Part shown: positions 22,806 through 37,106 of the stretch, piece by piece | Numbering within the stretch: position 1 is the stretch's first letter | Layout: every line of letters begins with the position of its first letter | Origin: Octopus sinensis | Lineage: Eukaryota | NCBI RefSeq assembly: GCF_006345805.1 | Contig: NC_043007.1 | Span: 41,540,001 to 41,604,000 of the forward strand | Length of the DNA stretch: 64,000 nucleotides | Reading direction: 5' to 3' | The notes under the pieces: generated by a model | The model's input: the letters and a program-made list of their open reading frames with translations, nothing else | What the model was told of the DNA's origin: nothing | Databases searched by the model: none | Program-made: the position numbers and the translations under genes

Positions 22806-24666
22806 CCACTTTTTAATCTCTTTTCAGATCTGCATGTATCACCATGTCAGTGAAGAACTAGTATTTGTTTTTGTCTTTTTTGTGTGTGTAGGAGGGTGAT
22901 ATCTGGTCAATTATGCTATAGTTTCTTATCTGTGATACATAGCCATATCTCACATGAGATTAACTCAATCATTCTCAGTGACTAATAGGGGTTGGTGTTA
23001 TTATTATTAAGGTGGTGAGCTGGCAGATACATTAGTACGTCAGGCATTTTATCTGTCCTTACATTCTAAGTTCAAATTCTGCTATGGTCAACTTTGCCTT
23101 TCACCCTTTCAGGATCAATAAAATAAGTAACAGTTGAGTACAGAGGTCAATATAATCATCTTACTGAAATTACTAGCCTTGTGCCAAAATTCGAAACCAT
23201 TATGTAGGAATGGCTGTGCAGTAAGTAGCTTGCTTACCAACCACATGCTTCCGGGTTCAGACATTGCTCCAGTCCATTCAGCTGGTAAAGATGAGTAATC
23301 CTGTGAGAGACTGGTGTCCCATCCAGGGAGGAATATATATATGCTAGAGAAACTAGGAAACTAGCCTCACTGCTCCTTATGGAGTAATATGGACTAACCA
23401 TCACCTTTGCCTCAGTAAAGACTGATGATCTGCGTGTGGTGAGGTCACTTTAGCTTCACTTATAACATCAGTGAATCCTTTCAAATCATTCCTTTAACAA
23501 GAGTTAAATTCTAACAATGTAAAACAAATGATCAAAATGAGTAAATGAAAAAACCTGAGGACAGGCCATTCAACCAACTAAAAATAGCAACCAAATTTTA
23601 CAAAAAAAATCACTCATTGTCTTAAATAAAAAAAGGATACACCAGAGAGTGTGGGCACTGATACAAAAAAAGACATGATGGCTATGACAGCAAGGCTTTT
23701 GATTATAGGTTTACCCATTAAAGGTTGACCAAGAGCTAAACAAAATAATCACCACCAAGTAATAAATCATTATATATATATATATATATATATGGGAATT
23801 TGACAGGGGCAATACTGGGCAGATATGGTACTTTTACACCTTTTTATCATAAGAGAGAATTTTTTTCTCCACAGTAAATGCAGTGGATTTGCCTTTAGAA
23901 GTTGAAATATGTCACAAACATATTTTAACTAACATAAAGCTAACACACACACACAGAGTCTTTTTCTCGGCTGGGTTAAGTGAATGATTAAGTGACAGTG
24001 AAGTTTCTCAATTAGTTACATAAAAAATCAGCAGTTGTTTTTATCTGCTACACTTTGGAGTCTTAATCACCAGTTGTAATCATTACTTAATTAGTAAGGT
24101 GTGACATTCTCTTTGGCACTAGACAGCAAGAAGGTCAACTGCAATTAAAAGTTAATGGCTAAATTTAAATGTTCGAGATATCAGTGCACAAAGGGCGTTT
24201 TCTGTGTTGGGTCACACATTTTAATTATGGTATACTTTCATTACTGAAAAATGAGGAAAAAAAATACAACTTTGGGAGGTTTTTTAAAAAAAATTCATGA
24301 GGCATATGTAAAACAAGAATCAGAACAATAATGTATCCATTCACAATACATTTTGGCAGATTCAAATGTAACTATCTGATCGCTGTTGTATTTTATTGTA
24401 AGAAAATACCTCCTCCCTTTAGAGGATTTGTTTCCATAACACACTTCACTGATGCATGAGGACTTTATGACACTGAGGTATTTCACATATCTGGTAAGTT
24501 CAGTGTCAATCAATTCACCATAGGGAAAGTTCATCAATTCACAAGCTTTTTTTTTTCAATAAAACAGCTTTTTACTATTAATGGCAAGATATTATGGATA
24601 TATTTTCTCAGTAAGCTTTACTCATGGTGAATTTTCCCTGCAGTGTATTGATGGTGGTGAACTTAC

Positions 24667-24748
24667 TTGTAACTGGTATTTCAACCTTTTGGTATGTTTC
24701 TTCAGTCAAATTACCATTGGATCAATGAATCTAATAAGTGTACTGGCT
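24667..24748 (-). other. Candidate 5' UTR exon directly upstream of the 18133 exon
   Basis: Donor CAA|GTAAGT (24666-24661); possible acceptors give exon starts at 24730 or 24748; would place an in-frame TGA upstream of Met 18092. Confidence 0.2.
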
Positions 24749-25049
24749 CTGGTTTAAGGAACTCAGTATAAAAATTATTTGCTGAGGCATGTTGTCTATC
24801 AAACACCAAACTGATAATAATTCACGAGGTGCACACACAACAGCAAGAATCCAAACAATAATATTACATACTCATTCTTAATTCATTTTAGTAGATTCAA
24901 ACATAAATATGGCGACTGATGTTGTATTTCTTCACCACAGAACAACTCCCTTCAGATGATGTGTGTTCGTAACACACAAGATTCTCTGATGTAAGGAGAC
25001 TGAGACGCTTATGCGTTTCAAATGTATTGCATGCCTCTTCAGTAAAAGA

Positions 25050-25694
25050 GTAAAAGTGTGGTGTGTTGATTGGTCTCATTCTCTGGACCTTGAAAAGCTT
25101 AGTCAATCAAATGCTTGTGTATACAGGTGTAAAACTGCACAAGTAAAAAAAAAAATTACTCTTTTGTTATTATATTTACGAACAAAACGCCCCCCCCCCT
25201 CTCCATCCAATGGATGGTGTTGAGTTGTCAAACATTTAAACCAAATTTTCTCAAAACAACTTGTCCGACAATCCCATAGGCCTCCCCTTTGATAAACACT
25301 AATTTAACCAAAATTTGAGACACCAGCAAAAGAAGAAATAAAGATAGACTTTTTTTCTATTCCAAAGAAAAACGATTTTATTCACAAAATTATGCAACCG
25401 AAGAGTTTAAAGTACCAGTAATGATAAGGTTGTTGACTGTGAACACAAACATGGTTTAAATAGTAAGCTTGGCAGGAAAGAAACGTGCCTTTAAGCAGTA
25501 CAAAAACAACAAAGAATGGAAGCTTTATCGATCACATTCTCACCAGAAATCAATTTTTGTAATTTTTTCAAGACTTATACACACCCTGATACAGTCGGTA
25601 TCTACATATCAAATTTGAGCGCAATCGGATGGAGGATGCCCGAGATTTGAGAAGACACACACACAGACAGACAGAACGGATTTTATATAAGAGA
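25050..25694 (-). mobile_element. Helitron-like non-autonomous element (one end unresolved)
   Basis: Plus-strand end ...caaatttgagcgcaatcggatg...acagacagacagaacggattttatataagaga|t resembles the end of 46317-46712. Confidence 0.5.
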
Positions 25695-27873
25695 TATTGA
25701 AATACACTAACTTTGTTTCAATTAAGTTTGAATAATGAAAATTTATTAACAAAAACACTAAGCTGGTGCTTGGCACATAAACCAACTTAAAATTTTAATG
25801 TAAGGTTTAAATTAGATTACTTTGAAATAGGAATTTGTATCACAAAACCAAGGACAGTTTCAGGTGTAATTGTATCAAAAAGGTTAGTTCAGTGAAATGC
25901 AATAAGTAGTTGAGTCACATGATCAACAAAAATTAGAAAAACAATTCATATGTAGCATCCTAAAATGGCTGTGGTCCAGAATGAGACCAATGAATAAATA
26001 AAGAATAAAAGAATATATTTCAGGTGCAATGAATTAAAATTCACTGATGACAATTAACTGCTGCTTTAATTAGCAGTGGCACGTAAAAAGCACCATCTGT
26101 CCGTGGCCGTTTGTCAGCTCCATCTGGCACCTGTGCGGGTGGCATGTAAAAAGCACCCACTAAACTCACGGAGTGGTTGGCGTTAGGAAGGGCATCCAGC
26201 TGTAGAAACACTGCCAGATCAGACTGGGCCTGATGCAGCCTTCTGGCTTCACAGACCCCAGTTGAACCGTCCAACCCATGCTAGCATGGAAAGCGGACGC
26301 TAAATGATGATGATGATGATGAATGTGATTTCATGATTCAGAGTTTGTTAATTTCTCTAAAAAATTACGTGCATATGTACATGTGCGTACATCTTTTTTG
26401 CATGTACGTGTGCATGTGTGGGTGTGTGTGAAACAGTGTGGGTGAGCATGTGTGTTCTCGTGTGTGTAAGTGGCACACTCCACTCCCTCTCTCTCTCTCT
26501 CACACACACACACACATATATATTTCATATACATGTTCATACAGCTCTTGCTTTAAAACAAAAGTAACAAGTGATTTTCTGGATAAAAATTATTTAAAAA
26601 AAAGTCTTCTACTCATGTAAATTGATTACTATTGTTTGGATAGTTCCAATTAAATAAGACCAGAAGTTAGGTCAAATATATATACATGCATAAGTACCAT
26701 GAATTCCCATTCTACAAAAAGGCAAACAATTCTGTGAATACTTTACTGGGCAACACTGGGTAGTAGGTCTAGTGAAGTATAAAAATAGATTTCATCTCAA
26801 AATAGCTGACATTCCCCAATTTATACAACATAGTTAAACAACTTGTTTTTTTTTTCATACATTGTCATTGATGTTGGTGTTAAGAGTAGTTATCCCTCAT
26901 GAATATGCTAATCTATGCATTTTGTTATCAGAGAACATCTCAAGTAGACTTTTGATCAATGCAGTCCAATTGCGATAATATCAACTTGAATTTGGATATT
27001 ATTAGTGTATCTAAGTGTATATATTATCCTTCAGTATTATTTACGATAGTGTGATATAGTTTGAGAAAGATTTGGCTACTATTTTCAACGGGTTGAGAAG
27101 GATAACCTAGGTAGAAAAAAAGCTAAGTTGTACAAAAGCATTGATGACAATTCAAAACCACCATGACCTAGAAGAATAAAAAAAGGCCAGAGTTGAGAAT
27201 AGTAGAGAAAAGTTGTTGACAGCCTATGCTCTACAGATAAGATATTTGTCCACCAAAATAGCCAGTGAAAGTCAATCTATTACACTGTCAACACAACCAG
27301 TAGTATTTATCCCCACTACTAGAACAAACAGTGCTGTGGTAGTTACCATGAGAGAAACTCACATATTGGTTTTTGGAGCAAAAATTCACTCTTGTTTACA
27401 TTGCTAGCAAGGAGATAAAATCCCTGCCACCTCCAGCACCAAGACCACCAGATCACACGATTTTGACCTTCCTTGGTCTTGTCTATCATGGACACTGGAC
27501 CGCCAAAGATAGCAATGATTCATCTCCTCACCAGCTACATATAGAATAACAGTGCCAGGACAGATGTTGGTGCTGCAATTAGCCAGTGAGCTTTTTATAG
27601 CCAGTAGTATAATACTGTTCACCGAAAGAGCCAGAGAAGATGGTTTCATAGTTCCTGTTTCTGACCTAAAATGACAACAAACTATCCATACAATATCACT
27701 TTCCACCATCACCCAAACTCCACTCTTACAGTCCAGTTTAAGCGTCAATATGTTTATAAAACAATACTATAGACAGTGGTGGTGGTGGTGGTGATGATGA
27801 TGGCCAACTGGGAGTGGAGTCATATGACATCATCTCTCCCAACTTGTTATTTTTACTGCCCCTATCATCATCA

Positions 27874-27904
<31 letters not shown>

Positions 27905-29344
27905 GCTTTCTTTATTGGCCACATAGGCCTACATAGAACACACAGGGACAAAAATACAAATCACAAATGGGGAGGGGGTAATAAAATGGAAGTTGTAAAA
28001 ATAGAAGTGTCTTTTATCCTTCAAGGGTTGATAAAATAAATAAGTCAAGTACAAGGAAAGAGGAAGAGATCAATTTAATCAGCTGCTTCCCCACCCAAAT
28101 TCTGCAGGCCTTGTACTAAGTTAGAAAGTCATTTTTACCGTCAATCAACTTAACACAGACATATTGTTAGAACACCAAATACTGACTGCATTATTTACCT
28201 TGTGAGGACCTCTCTTATATACACATGGAGCATAAAAGCACACATGTTTATATGGCTGCTAGATGAGAATTGTCTGCCTGGGTGCTGGACAGGTCTCATC
28301 TGCCAGCAATATAAATATGTGTGCTTTTCTGCACCATGCATCCATATGACAAAATGTCCTCTCAAGGCAAATGATGCTGTATTCAATGCTGTAACAATAC
28401 AGCCATGTTAAATTAAATATTAAGATTGCCTTTTGGGCACCTTGGGCAAGTGTCTTCTACTATATAGCCTTGGTCCGACCAGAGCCTTGTGAGTGGATTT
28501 GGTAGATGGAAACTGAAAGAAGCCTGTCGTATATATGTATAATATATATATTTATGTGTGTATATATGTTTGTGTGTCTGTGTTTGTCCCCCCAACATCG
28601 CTTGACAACCGATCGTGATGTGTTTACGTACCCATAACTTAGCTGTTCAGCAAAAGAGACCAATAGAATAAGTACTAGGTTTACAAAGAATAAGTCCTGG
28701 GGGTTGATTTGCTCAACTAAAGGCGGTGCTCCAGCATGGCCACAGTCAAATGACTGAAACAAGTAAAAGAGTAAAAGAATATATGAACAGAAATGTAAGA
28801 AACTTTGGACAAAATGCCTTGTGGTGGTATTAATTACATTCTTTTCTATTTTGAGTTCAAATCTAACCAGAAGTTTATAAAATAAGTAGCCCATCAGATA
28901 CTGAAGTCAGTTTAAAGAAGTAAATTCTCAGCCATCCCTCCACCTAGTCTTTTGTATATGTTTGTAGCCATTATATAAAATTCAAATTTTATACAAAATT
29001 CCAAGTAGACTGGGAGAATTCTTAGAGCATCAGACAAGATGCCTTGCTAACTTTGTTCTGCCTCTGTACATTCTGAGTTCAATTCCATCGATCTCAACTT
29101 TGCATTTTGTCTTTTCAGGGTCGATGAAAAAAAGAGTACTAGTCTAGTACAAGGATCAATGGTATTGACTAACTCCCTGTCCCAAATTTCAGGCCTTGTG
29201 CTTATGCTAAAAACAATCATTATTATTGTTGTTAGTATCATCATCATCATCTTTCAGCTCTTTACATTCTGTGTTCAAATTCCATCAAGGCCAACTTTAC
29301 TTTTCATAGAAACAGTTTTAAATTTTGTCACATGGCCTTAATTT

Positions 29345-30090
29345 TAGGGCAAGTGGAGTCAATCAATTACATCAACCTCCAGTATTTGATAACTGGTACT
29401 TTACTTAATGACTCTGAAAGGATGAAAAGCAAAGCTGATCTCAGCAGGATTTGAACTCAGAATGTAAAGAACCAAAAGAAATTTTGCTAAGTATTTCTCC
29501 AACACTAATGATTCTGCTAGGTCACCACCTTAATAATAATAATTTTTGAGGTGAAGGGTGAGCTGATTACAACAACCACCATGCTCAACTGGTACTTATT
29601 TTATCAAACCAAAAGGATGAAAGGCTAAATCAACTTTGGTGGCATTTGAACTCGGAACATAATAAAACCAGAAGAAATAATGTTAAGCATTTTGTCCAGT
29701 GTGCTAACAATCCTGCCAGCTTACCACCTTTCAAATTTTGACACAAGGCCAGTAATTTTGGAGGAGGGGATAAGTCAATTATATTGACCCCAGTGCTAGA
29801 CTGGAAGTTATTTTATCAAAACCAAAAGAAAGGCCAAGTCAACCGTGACAGAATTTCAACTCAGAACAATAATAATGGTTTCAAACTTTGGCATAAGGCC
29901 AGCAATTGGAGGAGGGAGTAAGGCAATTATATTGATGCCAGTGCTTGACTGGTACTTATTTCATCGACCCCTGAAAGGATGAAAGGCAAAGTCAACCTTG
30001 GTGGAATTTGAACTCAGAATTTAAAGACATGAAATGCCACTAAACATTTTGTCTGGCATAGTAACAATTGCGCTTGCTTATCTTAGCAGT
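29345..30090 (-). mobile_element. Head-to-tail array of about 4 partial SINE-B copies
   Basis: Repeated aaattttg(a/g)cacaaggccag...gtacttatt...gatttgaactcagaa units, joined mostly at (AAT)n. Confidence 0.8.
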
Positions 30091-30175
30091 AGTAATAATA
30101 ATACTAAGATTTCATCATCCATATATTTTAGAACTGATCACATATCACTACATTGGTACACCAAAACTTTGGATG

Positions 30176-30650
30176 GTAGTGGTGGTGGTGGTGATGGTGA
30201 TGGTGATGGTTGTGGGGATGGATAAGGGAGGAGGTAGTGTTGGTGATGGTGGAGATGATAATAGTAGTGGTGGGAGTTGTGGTGGAGTTAATGGTTGGTG
30301 ATGGGAGGAGGGTGGTGACGGTGATGGTAGTGGTTGTGATGGTGACAGTGATGCTAGTAGTGGTGGTTGTAGTAGTAATAGCAGTGGTGGTGGCGGTGAC
30401 AATGGTAGTAGGAGTAATGGGTGATTGTATAGGTGGTGATGGTGGTGGAGGCGGTGATGAAATTACACTGTCTGTTGACACAATAAGACTAGGGATTAAA
30501 CAATGTGGTGGTAAGTAGTAGTAATAGTAGTGGTGGTGGTAGTGGTGATGGTGCTACTGCTGCTTATGATGGAGGTAAACTATAAGAAGAGACAACAGCA
30601 ATAGTAATAGGAGTAGTGAGGATAAAGTCAAGGTTGCTAGTCTGTGACAT
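30176..30650. repeat. Degenerate (GGT)n/(GAT)n tract; similar tract at 39540-39990; complementary (CCA)-rich tract at 30770-30935
   Basis: Direct reading. Confidence 0.9.
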
Positions 30651-33394
30651 TTCATCTGGGGATAATTTAGTAAATTTTATAATGAAGGTATCAATTACAG
30701 TGATGACTGTTAATTAACAGGGGTACATTTCAAAATAAACTCTTCAGGGTACCCTAAATTTCATACTGCACACCCCACAGCCACACCATCATTATCACAC
30801 CACCAACAACAAAACAAAATCCCCATCATTACCTCTTCTACCACCACAACCACCAAAAACACCACCAACATCATTATTACCGATAACATCACCACCACCA
30901 CCATCACATTTGTACACCAACACAACCACCACCTGCAAACAGTGAGGTTCTACGTGATAGCCTTGCTAGAAATAACAACCAAATCCAACGAATCCTCTTT
31001 TGTAAGATGGTAAGGCATGATCTGAGTGAGATTTGACCCTTATTTCTTTTGGGTTGAGCAATTACACAGAGGATCCCAAAGTAGAAGCCCAGTTTCTCAA
31101 ACATATTTTGCGTATAAACTTCTTTGATACCTGTTTTACTTCAATAGTTCCTCCTACCCATTCAATGTTTAAAAAAAAAATCATATTTTTTTATAATTAA
31201 ATATTATTAGGAATTGCATAAACAAAATTGTTAAAATAAATTGTGTTTTTTATTCTTTTAATTGTTTCAATCATTTGACTGTGGCCATACTGGAGCATCA
31301 TCTTGAGGGGTTTTCATTGAATAAATCAACCGCAGGACATTTTTTAAACCTGGTACTTATTCTATCAGTCTCTTTTGCTGGACTGCTAAGTTATGGGGTG
31401 TAACCACACCAACACCAGTTGTCAAGCAATGATGGTGGTGATAAACAGACACACACACATTATATATATATAATTAGCATCTTTCAGTTTCTGTCTACCA
31501 AATCCACTCATGAGGCTTTGGTCAGACCGAGGCTATAGTAGAAGACACTTGCCCAAGGTGCCACGCAGTGGGACTCAACCCAGAACCATGTGGTTGGGAA
31601 ACAAGCTTTTTACCACACATGGTGCATTGGCCAAGTATTGTAGAAATAACCAATTTATTGCAAATGAATTTTAACAAAATCTTATATGGACCTTGGTTGA
31701 AAACCACTAATCAAAATTATCACAACTGTGACTGCCTTGTCTTTTTAGGAGTTTCTAAGACTACACTATCTAATGTGGTCTTCATTTTTCTAAGATTGTA
31801 AAAATGTGACTCAAGGGAGAATTGCCTATTTCTACAGGTTATGCAAACATGTAAAGGCTCCTTAATTCAATTGATCTAGTATTAGTTTGTTGTGAAGTCA
31901 TGGGTCCCAAGTTTTCTTATCACAATATTTTACTAGTCATATAAATTTAGTGAGCCAATTGTAATGAGATCTTACTCTTAGCTCTATTGCAAATCTATAG
32001 GCCCATTAGATCAAAACTAACACTGATTTCCATGGCGTACAAACAGCTGCCCCAGCCGTAGCTGATAATTATTTTCAGCTGAATAGGCTGAGACAACATG
32101 AAAAGAAATGTCTTGCTCAAGAACAACATAATATGCCATTGAGACTGGGAATCAAAACCACAACATTATAATCTTGAGTTTAATATCTTAACCACTATAC
32201 CATATACCATCATGTATATGAGTCATCATCATCATCATTGAACATGTTTTCCATGCTGACATGAGTTGGATGGTTTGATAGGATCCAATAAGCTGCAGTG
32301 TCAGCTTTGCCACGTTTTCTGGCTAGACACCCTTCTAATGTCAATCACCTTACAGTGTGTACTGGGTGCATTTTTTTGTGACACTGGCACTACTGTTGAG
32401 GTTGCCACGTACATTGCATAACAGACAAAATCAGGAAAGAGAAAAGCCTCTATGGCCAACTGGGAGGGAATGGTATTGGGAAAGGAGAGGTGGCTTTATG
32501 TCAGTTGCTGAGGCTAAAGCATGACAGAGTAGGGGAGAACAGGTGTCTTGCTATATAGGAGATACAAGGCTACTCCAAGTTATAAAGGTGAGTAGTAGTT
32601 ATTGAGAACCTGAAGATAAAGAAGAAAGATGGTAAGATAGTGTATCAGAGCAAACTCTCAAAGTAGGTGAACATAAGAGAGGATGTGGACAGTGTATCAG
32701 GTTGGGTGAGGGCATGTTATTCGACTAATTCTTTTGTTTAGTTTTCTTTTGGAAGTTCCATAATTGATGTGTGTGTGTGTGTGTGTGTGTGCGTGTGTGT
32801 GTGTTGTAGTTTAAGAACGTAGGCTTGAAACGTTAAAGACTTTTTCGCTTCCTGAGCATTATACTAACACATCTGTTTGTTGTCTACACCACCTGTCTTC
32901 ATCTTTTGTCTTTTTTTTGTGAATCCTCTCCTATATATATATATATATATATAGCACAATATGTAACAACATATATTTAGAGATGTGGCATTAGACTACA
33001 TGATAAATATGCGAAAGACTTAAATGACTCAGAAAGATCACATCAAATCAACACATGAAAATAAATGAAGAAATTAGTAAAATAACTTATTTTACACTAG
33101 TGTTTGAAACATTAATTAACATAACATTTTGATGGAAGGTTTTAATTTAAATCACTCCAAAACAAGAAGATTCTATTACAAAAGAATTAGAGGCAGTCTT
33201 GGGTTGGCTAGTATCAAAAATGTTAACTCTTTTGTTACTGTATTTCTGTTCAAACACACTGTTGTAGTTTCAACTAATTTTGTAGTTTTAAGAATTTACT
33301 GAAATAACATTAAGTTGGTATTTAAAAACATAAATTAACATAAATATTTGATGGAAAGTTTTGATTTACATCACTTTAAAACAAGTTTGCATTA

Positions 33395-33785
33395 TAGGCA
33401 CAGGAGTGGCTGTGTGGTAAGTAGCTTGCTTACCAACCACATGGTTCTGGGTTCAGTCCCACTGCATGGCACCTTGGGTGTCTTCTACTATAGCCTCGGG
33501 CTGACCAAAGCCTTGTGAGTGGATTTGGTAGACGGAAACTGAAAGAAGCCCGTCATATATATGTATATATATGTGTGCGTGTGTGTTTGCATGTCTGTGT
33601 TTGTCTTCTCAACATCGACAACTGATCTGGTGTGTTTACGTCCCTGTAACTTAGCGGTTCAGCAAAAGAGACTGATAGAATAAGTACTAGGCTTACAAAT
33701 AATAAGTCCTGGGGGCGATTTACTCGACTAAAGGTGGTGCTCCAGCATGGCTGCAGTCAAATGACTGAAACAAGTAAAAGAGTAA
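33395..33785 (+). mobile_element. SINE family A, full-length copy
   Basis: Head, body and tail align with the 1919-2330 copy. Confidence 0.9.
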
Positions 33786-34594
33786 TAGAACCAAGACTGG
33801 TTTCAAGTTGATCAATATCTTGCATTCCTGTTACAGCCCAGAGAACTATAATAAATAGGCTGAGGACTGAGCCCTGTTTTCATATTTCAATTAAAAACAC
33901 TCAAATATTCTATTATGTTGGAACATCTTATTAATGCCTTTTTAATAACAAAATATGTAATCCTTCTGATACCAACCCATCTGAGACCTGAGATCACCCC
34001 TAGATCTATAATACAAATTTCCTATTTCAAAGTGATTTAAATTAAAAGCTTCTGCCAAAATTTTAACACCAGCTAAATAATCCTCTATACTATAGGCACA
34101 AGGTCTGAAATTTTTTGTGGGGGGAGGGGGTGAATAGTCAATTACATCAACCCCAGTGCTCAGCTGGTACTTTTTACATCAACTATGAAAGGATAAAAAG
34201 CAAAGTCAACTCGACCTCATCAGAATTTGAACTTAGGTAGTAAAGATGTGCAAAATGCCAGTAAGCATTTTGTCTGGTGCAGTAACAATTCTGCCAGCTC
34301 ACCACCTTATACCAGCTTAATAACAACTATTTTTCTAAATTCTTCACTATTTTCTAAAGTAAACAAAGGCAGTGCATTTCAACAAAAATTTGGTAACAAA
34401 AGGGTTAAAGATAGTGGGTTAGCAGAATTAGAAGGAAGCAGATAAAAAGCTTTTACATTAGAAAGTAAAAGGATGCAACAAAGTTCAAATCCTATCTGGG
34501 TTCAGCATTTTCATCCATCCTTCTCGGCAAAGTAAAAAAGGTTGAATGTTGGGCATCACAGAGGTGATGATAAGTGACCAAGATGTTGGTGAAA

Positions 34595-34830
34595 GGCAGC
34601 AAGCTGGCAGAAATGTTAGCACACCAGGCGAAATGCTTAGCGGTATTTCGTCTGCCGTTACGTTCTGAGTTCAAATTCCACCGAGGTCGACTTCACCTTT
34701 CATCTTTTCGGGGTCGATAAATTAAGTACCAGTTATGCACTGGGATTGATGTAATCGAGTTAATCCCTTTGTCTGTCGTTGTTTATCCCTTCTATGTTTA
34801 GCCCCTTGTGGGCAATAAAGAAATAAGAAA
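34595..34830 (+). mobile_element. SINE family B, near full-length
   Basis: Same head, core and tail (gccccttgtgggcaataaagaaataaga). Other copies at about 19000-19200, 23010-23200, 34080-34310, 37840-37960, 54352-54585 and 56280-56490. Confidence 0.85.
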
Positions 34831-35609
34831 TAAGACATTGGTGATATGCTGTGCTTCAGAAGACTCGTCAAGCCAAGTAAAACCATAGTTATAGCCACTG
34901 TCCATGTCATATAAATGGCACCCGTGAAATTGTAGTGTGGCCACAGCCAGTGTCATGGCATGTAAAAAGCACACATTACACTCTTGGAGTGGTTGGCATT
35001 AGGAAGGGCATCCAGCTGTAGAAACAATACCAAATCAGACTGGAACCTGGTGGAGCTCTCTGGCTTACCAGTCCCAGTAAAACCACCTAACCCATACCAG
35101 CATGGAAAGCAGATGTTAAATGATGATGGTGATAAAGAACTTGGCAGTAAGGAAGTATATATTCAAAGGACACACCTCTTCCAGCAAAGTTGTGACAATG
35201 ACTTTGTTAGGAATCAATAATGATTAAAGAATTAAAGTTACTTGCTTTACTAATTTTCATTATATTCTTGATTTTACTTTCCAAATTAATTGAAACAAAT
35301 ATAAAAAGTATGTTTGAGAAGGGTTTAAATATGACAGCAGAGTGAGTCCCTGGGTAACTCCATCACCACCACAACTACTACTGCCAACAGCAGCAGACAT
35401 TCTTTCTCATACATCAAAATATATTGATAGTGAACAAATATAATTTAACACTGATTTTTTGAGAAATTCCAACAAGAATTTTTGGGTCATCAGTTCATAT
35501 ATTAATCCCTGGGGTACCACCAGAGAATAGTGAATATGTATTTTGTATTTTTTCTTTCTCTTTTTTTTATTGCCAAGTTGCAGTAGGGTTGGGATAAGCA
35601 GATATAGAA

Positions 35610-35791
35610 TGATAAACAGAAAGAGAGAGAGACAGCAAGAAAAGAGAAATTAGGGCAGAGAGAGAAGAATCATGGAAACTGGGGCAGAGAGAGAAGTAAC
35701 ATAGAAACTGGGGCAGAGAGAGAGAGAGTCATAGAAATTGGGGCAGAGAGAGGGGGGAGACAGAGACAGAGAGAAAGAAAGAGAGAGAAGT

Positions 35792-35827
<36 letters not shown>

Positions 35828-36300
35828 AAAAGGAGGGAGATCAGAGGAATTGGGGTAGAAAAGGAGAGAGACTGCAACAGAGAAGTAGACAGAAAGCCAA
35901 GGACAGTGAAATAGACAGAAAGGGACAATGAAGTAGAGAAATAGAGGAAGAGAAGTGGGAGAAAGCCAGAAGAAAGAGAGAGAGAGGGAGAGATAGAAAG
36001 ATAGACATCATAACTGATAAGGAAGTCAGTGCTAGAGACAGATGTAGAGAGACAAGGAAAACGACAGGATGTTAAAGACAGAGAGAAGAGATGAAAAATA
36101 AACAGAGAAAGACATACAACCATAGACATAGCGATAGAAGGAGGAACAAAAGACAAATGAAGAAATGACAAGAGAGACAGACAGATAGATACATAGAGAG
36201 ATAGAGGAGAATAGTAGACAAGACAGAGAAAGAAAATAAAGATAGACACAGGCAGAAAACCAGACATGGAAGCAGAAAATAGAGATAAAGTGAGACAGTG
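35610..36300. repeat. Purine-rich (GA/GAAA/GACA) low-complexity tract
   Basis: Direct reading; source of the spurious 205-aa Ser/Leu/Phe ORF. Confidence 0.9.
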
Positions 36301-36740
36301 GTGTCAGACAGTTCTAAAAACACATATACATGTTTTCACATCTTTTCAGAGAGTGGCTAATAACTACCGCTAGGTCTTTGTTTTCTTTCTCTAGAATGAA
36401 TAATTAAGAATTTTTTGCATATAATAATATTCTAGCAGATATCTCTCTTAGTTCATTATATAACTTTGGAAGTATACTTTTGCCAGCATGACAGGAAATA
36501 TAACAGACATACAATAATTATGATTTAACTTTTTTTTTTAATTTTTTGGTGCTAATACAAAAAGATAAACAAAACCAATTTTCGAAAGAAAAAAGTTTTA
36601 TAGGCACAAGCATGGCTGTGTGGTAAGAAGCTTGCTTCCCAACCACATGGCACCTTGGGAAAGTATCTTTTACTATGCCATCAGGCTAATCAAAGCCTTG
36701 TAATTGGATTTGGTAGATGGAAACTGAAAGAAGCTCATCA

Positions 36741-37106
36741 TCTCTCTATATATAAACAGCAAAATGTCTGTGTGTGTGTCCTTTATACAAATCCACAATT
36801 TTTCAGTTAGAGGGCTCGCACTTTCTATGGTCATTCAAAACCGTCCAACGATGGTTGTGCACATCTTTACATTTCCCCAGTCACCCTGCAAAGCCATTAA
36901 AAAAAATCAATAGAAGTGACTTTTTTGTGAATTTTCTATCCAAAACCCAATCAAAATGCCTGAAACTTGATACGCCGATTGAATGCCAGCTAGCTGTATG
37001 TGATTGGTCGGAGATTTGGACAGTATTCGTGTGTATGTGCATACGCACGCAGCTGTATATGCATGCACTAGCACTATGACCTGGCGTTGCCGGGTCATAG
37101 TGCTAG
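36741..37106 (+). mobile_element. Non-autonomous Helitron (5' TC...CTAG 3', A|T target) nested in a SINE
   Basis: Starts A|TCTCTCTATATATAAAC; ends with hairpin and GCTAG|T; the host SINE resumes on both sides (36600-36740, 37107-37350). Confidence 0.8.

Noticed and set aside
24295-24537. 80-aa minus-strand ORF in unique sequence
   Set aside because: It has no usable splice sites in frame and no recognisable motif; its length is within chance expectation.
27040-27748. Coding-like, moderately GC-rich stretch, possibly a decayed retroelement
   Set aside because: It has stops in all frames and no motif I can name.
30128-30518. Pro/Thr-rich mucin-like and Val-rich ORFs (also 39585-40042)
   Set aside because: They are translations of (GGT)/(CCA) trinucleotide tracts.
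35650-36267. 205-aa Ser/Leu/Phe-rich ORF that looks multi-TM
   Set aside because: It is the antisense reading of a GA-rich low-complexity tract, with no splice or domain support.
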